Below, in pieces: positions 55,024 to 64,000 of a stretch of DNA of 64,000 bases; the first letter of the stretch is position 1, and each line of letters opens with the position of its first letter. The DNA comes from Vitrella brassicaformis CCMP3155 (lineage: Eukaryota; Protista; Chromerida): positions 175,842 through 239,841 of the forward strand of contig CDMY01000929.1 in the NCBI GenBank assembly GCA_001179505.1, read 5' to 3'. The notes below the pieces were generated by a model. That model had not been told where the DNA came from. It did no database searches and saw only the letters and a list, made by a program, of their open reading frames with translations. The position numbers were made by a program, and so were the translations under genes.

Positions 55024-56760
55024 ATGGGTCGTCCTCACCAGAAGCAGAAACAAACCATGTGGCACGTAAGATGCCGCTCTCAGAAAGCCCCTTTTCATGA
55101 AACGACGGTTCATGTCATGGGTTCTTCCCGGATGTGTGTGCTCAGCTGTATCCGCCGAATCGCCTGTGTTACGAGTATCACGAGAAGGATCGGCAGCAGA
55201 AGCACATCGTGGCCCTCCTCAACGTGAGACCGCATCCCCTCGACAATGAAATAGAGGAGGAGAGAAGGAGGCCGCCCCACCTCTTCCCACCTCCCGTCAA
55301 AGTCTCGGTCAAGAAGCGGAGCGTGCGGGGGACGGGCAGCTCCGTCGGCGCCTCGCAGAGCACTGCATACGGCGAGGGCACACTGCTACTCGTCAAGCCC
55401 AAGTCCAAGTCGTTCAAGCGCGAGAACGCTCGCAATGCGGTCATCACGCTGGAGAACAAGATTCTGTTGGAGAAGATGCTGAGGATAGACTCCACACCGA
55501 GCCCCTACAGCCCAGAGGCCATCGTGTATCAAGACAGACACTTCAACGGGTGGGTGGGCAGAAAACTGTAATGATGCGTGGCTCGGCATGGTGCAGTCGG
55601 TGTTTGTCTGTGTCAACAGCACAAAGACCAAGTCGTTGAATTTCGACTCGCGCAAGAAGGAGCTGGATCGCATCACCTTCGAAAACAGAGTTAGTGGACC
55701 ACGGGGAAATAAAAAAGGGAATACACCACTGGACGCGCCCATTCTCGTGTCGTCAGAGGCTCCTTGAGCGGCTAGGGGATGTAAAGCCCTCAGTGAAGCC
55801 CCAACAGTGGGAAAAGGAGAGGCAGCATACCGAGTACATCGCAAAAAACATCCTCAAGAACTCCATCAGGGGCAAACCGCCTAGAGGGCTCAAGTAAGAC
55901 ACAAGATAAGCAGGAGAAACCGACGGAGATGGGCTGTCTCCCATTTCTACAGTCCTCCCCCAGCACGGCAACAGCAGCTTGCCATTGTGCCCCTTTCGGT
56001 CAGCGACCGTGGTCCTCGCGGGTCACCAGGTCAATCGTTGCCGGCCATCGGCCCCTATTCGGAAGGCGGCGATCCCAGTGCACAACCATCGGCCACCTAT
56101 CGGAGTGTCTCAAACCACACGAGCGTGAGAGGCTCAGGCGCTGCCCCCGTCTACTCCTCTCCGAAGCCCGTGAAGCAGGACTACGGCAGATCGCCCTCCA
56201 AGGAGAGAAGGCCTTCCTCCGCTGCGGAGCTGCCCCTCCCCCTTCCTCTACCCTACATACTGCCCGGAGACACGCAGAAATCGGCCGAGGGTAAGAAGAA
56301 GAGGAGACCGTCAAAGGAAGAGAAGAAAAAAGAGCAAGAGAAGGCAGAGGACAAAGAGACTGACGACACCGTCCAGGCACCTGAGCCTGCTGCAGAGGCT
56401 CAAGCTGAGGGTGTTGCAGAGGCTGAAGAGAAGCCACCTATCGATGAGATGCCTCAAGACGAGACCAGCACCGCGTTGGTTCCCGCAGAAGCTGTGCCAG
56501 AAGATAGTGACCGTCAGGAAACAGTGGAAGCACCGGCAGCAGAGGACGCGGGAGCTGCAGAGGTGGTTAAGGAGAGTCTGACCGAGCCGCCAGCGGCAGC
56601 ATCTGCTGACCACGCCGATGGGGAAATTGCTGACGAGACCGAGAAAGGGGAACAGGTTGGGGATGAGCAAGAGGTGAAGGAGATAGAAGACGCGGTTGCT
56701 GAGCCTGTCGAACCAGTTGAAGAGACACAGATGCAAGGGGGGCAGGTAGAAGAGGATTGA
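55024..56760 (+). CDS. CFAP97/Hemingway (KIAA1430)-family flagellar protein with an acidic tail
   Basis: ATG at 55024 or 55057, intron to 55145; ITLENKILLEKMLRI, SLNFDSRKKELDRITFENR|RLLERLGDVKPSVKPQQWEKE. Confidence 0.8.
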
Positions 56761-57224
56761 TATTTCTTTGCGTGCATTCGTGCGTGTGTGTGACTGCGCT
56801 GCAAGGACTTTGCTGATCGAGCCAGCCCGTCCAGAAATCATGGATGAAGACATTGATTGCATTGCTTTCACTCATAGTGTGCTTCAATGAGTTGGAATAT
56901 CAGCATGTACTGGGTCTCTAAGCCCTAGGAATTGACAACACGCGTCACGCACAGCTGGCCAACATTGTGTATACATAAACTGCGATTGACTACACTGCAG
57001 GACATGGATCCCCATCCGTCTCACCCTTTTGTAACTCTCTCGGCTGCAATCGGAAAGACAATGCCGAAGAAGGGGATTTGGCTCATGAGTTGTCTCCTTA
57101 CCTATGGATGAGACAAACCCCCGCAGCACTCTTGCCATCTTCGGATCCTGTAGGCACAAAACGCCGGACATAAACGTCCTGAGCCGGGATGGACTACTGC
57201 TTCTATTTGACCAGTGAGCTGAGT

Positions 57225-60200
57225 TTATCGATGATTGGTGCTAACATATCCACGGCTTGCAGAGGGTCGACAGACACCTAAACACCAAAGAAGGGCAATG
57301 TACCCGTGTTGCAGTCGTCTGTCCGCAGGCTGTATCACCTTGTCTTGAATGAGCGCCAACACGTTCTGCGTTGACGGTGTGCGACTGCGGAAGTACTGCG
57401 TTAACGCTAAGATACACACAAACAAAAGAGAGCAACCATAGCGTGGCCTTGACTTATGCCAACGGTCTCGAGCTTACCATCAGCTTGTGTCTCGGTGTCA
57501 GCTGCTCGACTGCTCCGCGCCCCCCCGTTCTCAACAATGAATCGCCGCACAACGTCCTCACCCTTGTGGGCTTGTGTGGCTCCATCGGAAAGGTACCCCA
57601 GGTACAAATTGCCGTTCGACGGAGACGCGCGATCGACGCTGACGCCGTACGCTGGGGCCGCTTTTGTCCTGTCATCGCTTGCAAAGGGGCTCTTTGACGG
57701 AAGAGCCTCCAGAATGCTCATACTGACATGCAGCCGGAAAGAAAAGGAGAGGGGAGTTTGTGTTTCTGTGTCTTTCTGTGCTAACGCCTGAGCCGCCTTT
57801 CCCTCGTCTCCATTAATGTGTTGCGGGGGGACTCCGTTGACGGAGTCCTCCATCTGCTGCGCCATCATCGACAGCTTGCCAAACGTCTCTTCGTCCAGAG
57901 ATCTGGAGACGCAAAGAGAATGGCGAAGAGTACTTGGATGTGTGACAACTGTGTACCTGAGGCGGTCTAAGATCGGCCGCAATTTGATAAGTTTGTCCTC
58001 CGTGTCCTCACTAGGTAAAAGTTGAAGCAGCACAGCCATGCACAGGACAGAGATAATTGGTACAACACATTCTTTTTTGTCCTCCTCTTCTACCGTGCGG
58101 GAAGCTCTTTTGAGCGGTCTGCAGCAAGACATCGGCGGCCTGGCTCTTGGCATGGCGCAATTCGGTGGAGAGCTGCACATGACTGCCCGAAACACCGGCC
58201 AGGGCCTTTTGAATCGAATTGAATGCTGACATGTCCTGAACAGACAGACGAGACACGTGAAGAAAGCTGGCATTCCTTTCCTGCTTTGCCGACGAGGCTT
58301 GAGAGTTCTGTTAGAACTGGCGTCAGCTCTGCCATCAGGGAGGCGGTGTCCATAGGCTTTTCACTGCTCTCTTGCAAGAGGGATGGTCTGACACCCCGCG
58401 CGTCTTCTTTTCTCCCTTTCTTGGTCAGGACCGAAGCAAGGCCAGACTTGCCAAGCAGCCCCTGGACACACACAGGCAGCCGGAAGTACACAGCACAACT
58501 GTACGAGAACGGTTGGTGTACCTTGACGATCGAGTAGGCGGCCGGGTTGGCTGCCTTGAGTGCTGCCAGTGGGTCTGCCCCTCCATGTGCGCGATGGGAA
58601 TTGATTTGCAGCAAGAGATTGCCGAAGAAGGAGGCCCTTAGCAGGCGCTTCACGGTGGCATATAGACCTGAGAACAAAAAGGGGATAAAGGCGCTGGATA
58701 AGTTGGTGTGGTTTGGTCGCGACGACGTGCCTTCGACGGTGGACGGCGGCTCCTGGTGTGAGAGGCGAATGGCCATCGATCGCTGAAGAAAGGAGCGGGC
58801 CTGACACACACCGACGCATTGGAGAGAGGCGAATGCCCAGAGCGAACGGCTGTACCTTTCCGCTTGGATTTTTCTGATGTGCCCACATGTTGGCCAGCAG
58901 TTTTGCGACGAGGGCATATGCCGCAGGGTCCGTGCGCTGCAACAAAGCGGGGCCAGATCATGAGAACGGCATCAGGTGCAATTGCCTTGCCTTCAGCGGT
59001 GCAAGCTCCTCCAGATTCGGGACGTTCACCGATGAAATATTCGCGCCCATCTACAGTGAGACGCATCGAAGACATGAGATGGCAACACGTAGTGGCAGTA
59101 CCGATGGCGCCCCTGACCTGCAGGAGAATATTAGGCCGGTGCCTGGATAAGTTGAGACCCAGTTGAGACTTCATCAGCAGCGCCTAAATTAACATGTCAG
59201 CTTGATATTCCCAAGACGTGTCTCTGTGCGTGTGTGTGGGCGTACTTTGACTATGGCATAGGCAGCAGGATTAGCCTGCTGCAAAGGGGCGAGGGGATCC
59301 GTCGGGTCAATGACGACACTGCAGAAGGCGGCAGGAACTGTTACGTGTCAGCAACTGTGTGCACGTCTGCTTCTACCCTTTTCGTTGTAAAAATGCCGGA
59401 GGGCTGAGGAGCTTGCCCAGTGCGCTGTTCCGCAGGATTCTTTCAACCAATGCGTACGCCTGAGGGTCGTGGGCCTTGAGAGGCGACAATGGGTCGGCCG
59501 TCACTGGAAGATGGAAGCAGCGACTTAAATGAGGGTGAAATGCCCGTATTTTTGTTCGCCTTACACTGCAAGAGGCTCTGATACTTGATCCTATCGGCTG
59601 ACATCCAGAAGAAAACGACGAAGGAAGTCATCCTGCGAGGCGCTGATCACATTTGTGTGTACCATAGATAGTTGCCACGTGGGATTTGGAGCTTTTTAAT
59701 GCGGCAATGAGGGCGTCGAAGGCTTTCGGGTCCACCAAGCGGATGGCTGCCATCGGATCGTCCGTGACTGCAAAGGCAGAAGGGACATCCAGCACACGTA
59801 ACCGGGAAGCCGACGTGTGTTACTTTGCAGGAACGACAGATCATCGTGTTCGACGCCGTGCCTCTTTGCAATGGGGTCGAATCCCATCTCCTGCTTCAGC
59901 AGAAGGGAGTGAACGATAGAGTAGGCGGACGGGTTCTCCTGAGGACCCGCGAACAAACAAGATACCATTGAATGCAGTAAAAGACACACTTGCACTCACC
60001 CGCCTCAGCTCGGCAAGAGGGTCGCCTGTGGCTTCATCGTGGTCGGCCTCTTGGATGAAAGCGGTCTCGATCTGGCCTTTGCGTTCGTGGCTGTCATTGT
60101 AGAGGAGCCCCAGATCAGACTTCGCGAGCAGCGCCTTGACGAGCTGGTATGCCGCAGGATTCGCCTGACACAATGAAAGCAGCAAAAAGTAAGGCCAATG

Positions 60201-60400
60201 TTGTGTGTTCGGCTGAGATCTACTTTTCTGAGAGGCTCAACAGGGTCCGCTGACGCCTCTGTTGCACCGCAGAGATGACACCAACAACCTACAACAACCA
60301 CGCCAAACAGGCGTGCAGTGGCAAAAGATCTGCAAGATCTGCAGGGGAGTGCAAGTTTCTCTTCCTGCAGCCGTACCAGGCCAACAAAACGCATCGTCAT
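57225..60400 (-). CDS. Repeat protein (one or possibly two genes) with ~8 copies of DP(L/M)xxL(K/R)xxNPxAYxLVxxLL and a helical C-terminal region
   Basis: Repeats recovered by in-frame splicing at ~60250, 60030, 59770, 59500, 59300, 59010, 58650 (partial) and 58570; hydrophobic N-terminal stretch; 3' end uncertain. Confidence 0.65.
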
Positions 60401-60513
60401 CTGGCCAGTCCTCGCCTAACGGTCAGCCCGGCCAGCCGTTGAACACCTTTTGAACCGATTGCTAAACTCCGACGAGGCCATGAAATAGCACCCACCCACG
60501 CACAAGTGGTGCA

Positions 60514-61926
60514 ATGCAGGGATGCCTCAGCGCCATCTCGACAGACGTGAGTGCCCCTTCATCTCGAGAAGGCTCGTCGTCCTCCCTGCCTCCCCTCGCG
60601 TCGCCCGTTCCTCCCCTCTCACTTGCGCGATTCCATGAGGACAACAAGCTGCCGCCGCCGTGGCCGTCAGTAGACCCACCGGCTGAATATCTGTCGCAGC
60701 TGTCGAGGGCTCTCAAAAGCCTGAGAGAGGGACAGCGAAAGGAGATCACCAAGCGCAGGCAGTCATCCCAGCTCGTGCCGACACTCCCGCCGTGCCATCC
60801 AGACCCCTCTCGGGGCACCGTCCCGACCCTTCCACCACCGTCTGCCATTCTGCCCCTGCCGCCCCATCGGAGCACCAACTGCGCCAAGCCCACAAAGCGG
60901 CGAGAAGACAACGGCGGCAGCAGAGAGGCGATGGGGCGTCATGCAAAGGTGCCACGTCTTGATGCGCCCCAGAAGCAGCGTGCTGGCCCTTCCACTGGTC
61001 GTCCCGAGTCCCCATCGGTTTTCTACGACCAGTCGGTTCGTGCGTGGATCGTGCCTGCAGCGGAGAAGGGCGGTGGCGAGCGCGCGTTCAGTGTGGATGT
61101 GTACGGGTCGGACGCGCGGCGACTGGCGTGTATGGAGTTGCGAGAACAGCAGGACAAGAAGCGCGCGGAAGAGAGTGCTGTGGTGAGCCGTGACGATGAC
61201 GCTGCGCCGTCTGGCGAGGCGCAGGATGGGGTTGAAGGGGAGGGGAAGGAGAGTGCAGTGCCGACGATGCACACCAGCCGGAAGCATCGCTTGCCGCCTC
61301 AATTCATTAGTGGTATGGCACAAGATGACCAATTGGCTGGATGGACCTCCCACGGCTGTCTGTCTGTCTGCTTTGCCGTGTGACGTGACGCTACAGGTGT
61401 GCCTGGCGTGCTGTGGCATTCGAGACAAAGATACTGGTAGGCGTGACGCACATGGCCACATACGACACGTATGCCCTGGTGGTGACCTCGCTTGATGCGT
61501 GCTCTTCAGGTTCGCGCAGTGGCGTGAGGGCGGGAAACAGAAGGCCAAATTCTTCCCCACGTGGCGTTATGGCTTCGAAGGGGCCAAACAAGGTAAGCAG
61601 CAGCGAGACAACCGCTTCTCTGCTCACTGATGTGTGTGTGACATCCATCAGAGGCCGTCAAGTTTCGGCGAGCGATCGACCGGGCGAAGCTGCAGAAGCG
61701 CCTCAAGATTGCTGAGGGTGAGGAAGGCACGTCCACAATGGACCAGTCGCTGACGGAGATCGCCAACTCGATCGTGGCGTCCACCCCACCAGCATCGCCT
61801 GTGCACGATGGAAAGAGGGATGGGGGCGACAGTCGTGAGGAGACGGAGGCGGCACTGATGCTGGTGGAGCTGGTGAGGGACATGAGGAGGGAGAAGGCAG
61901 TATCGGGGGAGGGCAACAGTGGCTGA
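60514..61926 (+). CDS. ApiAP2 transcription factor with two AP2 domains; 4 exons
   Basis: VFYDQSVRAWIV...ERAFSVDVYGSDARRLA; spliced SGVPGVLWHSRQRYWFAQWREGGKQKAKFFPTWRYGFEGAKQEAVKFRR. Confidence 0.88.
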
Positions 61927-62588
61927 GGGATGAGAGTCAGCGTTTGGGTTGGTTGGTTGGGTGTACATATATCCATCATGATATGATGTATATATACGTG
62001 TGCACATGTCCACACGTGAGTGCATGTGATATGTGCGTACAGTACAGTACTGTCGTGTGTTACACATGAGGAGGAAATGTCTTGGTATCTCTGATATCTA
62101 TGTCTCTGTCTTGCGCCCTGGTTGCTGTCTGTCTGTCTGTCTGTCTGCACAAGAGGGAGGGATGTACACACCTGTGTCAGTCGATCAATGTATACACGTG
62201 TACAGTCCCATTTTCTGTGGTTTCTTTGCTGTCGCCCTATTTGACCGACCGGTGTGCACGTACACTCATTGCTCTCGGCGTGCTCATCTATTTCCTACAC
62301 ACAGAGGTGAGAGGAGGAATATTTTGATCGACAGATATTATACTACCGGTGCAAGGAATTTTAGGCTTCCCTTTTGTGAGCTGGTTTCATTCATTCATCA
62401 TCACGTGACAGCCCTTTTTGCCTCTGGCTGTGCGTCAGTGGACGGACGGACGGACAGGATGGGTGCGTGCGTGTGGCGAGAGATGCAGTACTTGCTGAGA
62501 GCCCAACGCAGCCAATGGACACAAGACATACATGAATCGGTCCAAATGCACACTGAGTCTGACAAAGGCGATGCATCACACAAGCACA

Positions 62589-63442
62589 TCACTCTGTCCT
62601 CTCATCTCTCCTCAGCCCCTTGGCCATGAAGATGACCCCATGGCCATCATTTGCCTCTTCATGAAACCCCCTTTTCTCGTACCACCGCCGTGCACTCGTG
62701 TTGCTCTCTTCCACAGCAAGATAGATGCTCTCATGGCCTTGCGAGACCGCATGCGAACACACCATGGACAGAAGAAGCGAACCAAGACCTGAAACATACA
62801 TACGCACCATGCGCCCGAATCACTCACTCAGCCGTGCTGCTTGCACTCACCCACCGTGGTTTCGATGAGCGGCATCCACGGCCAGATCAGCCACGTAAGG
62901 CAGCTTCTCGTCCGCTCTCAGCTGACCACAGCCGTCCCGCCCTTTCAAGTCGCCTAAATCAAAGCCGACGTTCGCTGTCGGCGGCCTTTTCCTGCTGTCA
63001 TAAGCCACGTGGCCGACGATGCTGTTGGTGTCTTGGTCAGTGGCCACCAAGCGGACAATGTCTGACTGCTGGCTCTGTGAGGTGTCGACCTCGGCCTTGT
63101 CGGCCTCTTGGATGATCTCCAGCACTCTGTCAGCCGGCGGTGACGATGTGTTGGTGAGCGGGAGGGCCTCTTGCAGGAAGAAGGCAACTGATGATGGCAC
63201 ACACACACACACAGACCGATGACCATGTGCACATGGATCTCATTCCTCTCACCAGCGTAGCTGTCCTGCGGCCTCATTCTGCGGATGCGATAGCTCTTGC
63301 TGCCAATGCGATGAGTCGCTGACAAGGATGCGGGACGGGGTCGGTGAAGCGCAAAAGAAAGCACGAGAGGAGGCAGGCAGAAAAGAGCCAGAACAGCCCT
63401 ATCAACTGGATGCGGGATGGCCGTGCTGCTGAGCGGACTCAT
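62589..63442 (-). CDS. GNAT-family acetyltransferase with a hydrophobic + Ser/Arg-rich leader (possible plastid targeting); 3 exons
   Basis: SIVGHVAY, YVADLAVDAAHRNHG|LGSLLL (acetyl-CoA motif A), YLAVEESNTSARRWYEKRGF (motif B). Confidence 0.9.
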
Positions 63443-64000
63443 GCCGGATGGCAGCTACTCATTGAATTGCCCTCCTCTGGTCAGGACACCACCAACGCCG
63501 TGCTGACCGTCTCGGTGATTTGTCCATGTGCTTCAGCTGCTCTCCATGTGTCAGGCAGCTCATAGATCCGGCCCTCGTGCTCCCCAAGCCCTATGCGAGC
63601 TTGCAACACACAGCTGCTGAATGGAGAAGCAGTTCAAAATATAATGCTGTTCACGACACACGGCTCTATTCCTAGCGCAGCTCCGGGAGCAGCCGCGAGC
63701 TTGTTCTTGCGAGGCGAAGATTTCCGCCTACGATGAGCCATCTCTTTGATTCACTGGGCTGACGGACACAGCGGAGGCAGCTGAAGGGCTGCACGGTCGT
63801 TCAGGCCGGCGGGCAAAGGAGAGAGGTCGCCACGCCGGTGAGCACAACTGACTGGAGGAGAAAGAGAAAGGAGTGTAAGAATAGGTGGGAGAGAGTCGGG
63901 GAGAATGGTGAAGAGAGGATCTGCCGGGCGGTCAGTCCCGGATAAAGGATTAAGTCAATGCAACGTAAGGTCTGTGGATTTTGTGGAGAGTCCACGTAGG

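Overview
Eukaryotic, GC-rich, intron-dense nuclear DNA, most likely the chromerid alveolate Vitrella brassicaformis or a close relative. This is inferred from an ApiAP2 gene, an apicomplexan-type TBP, Ran with the [11 protein letters not shown] motif, flagellar genes, microsatellite-filled 55-150 nt introns and a gene family I recall as Vitrella-expanded. I spliced about 22 genes/pseudogenes by eye. Confident calls are DBP2/DDX5, Ran, TBP, CFAP36, a CFAP97-like protein, a DEK-like protein with an HMG box, a GDSAG hydrolase, a PILS-type transporter, an ICMT-like methyltransferase, a GNAT, a ubiquitin fusion and a two-domain ApiAP2. There are two 300-N gaps, one with an artefactual 682-bp duplication. 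I saw no rRNA, tRNA, CRISPR array or autonomous transposon. The most interesting signals are: (1) ten head-to-head gene pairs whose short spacers share an ordered AGCTCGC-then-AGATCT motif pair; (2) a hidden, highly divergent second TBP-fold gene; (3) introns polarised into AC-rich 5' and complementary GT-rich 3' halves; (4) a repeat protein with about 8 helical units, each followed by an FLQ-like motif; (5) an Mrr-like nuclease-fold ORF; (6) a 42-bp-stem hairpin; (7) a 185-bp tandem repeat that amplifies an exon+intron unit. All exon structures, alignments and motif counts are manual and unverified by software.
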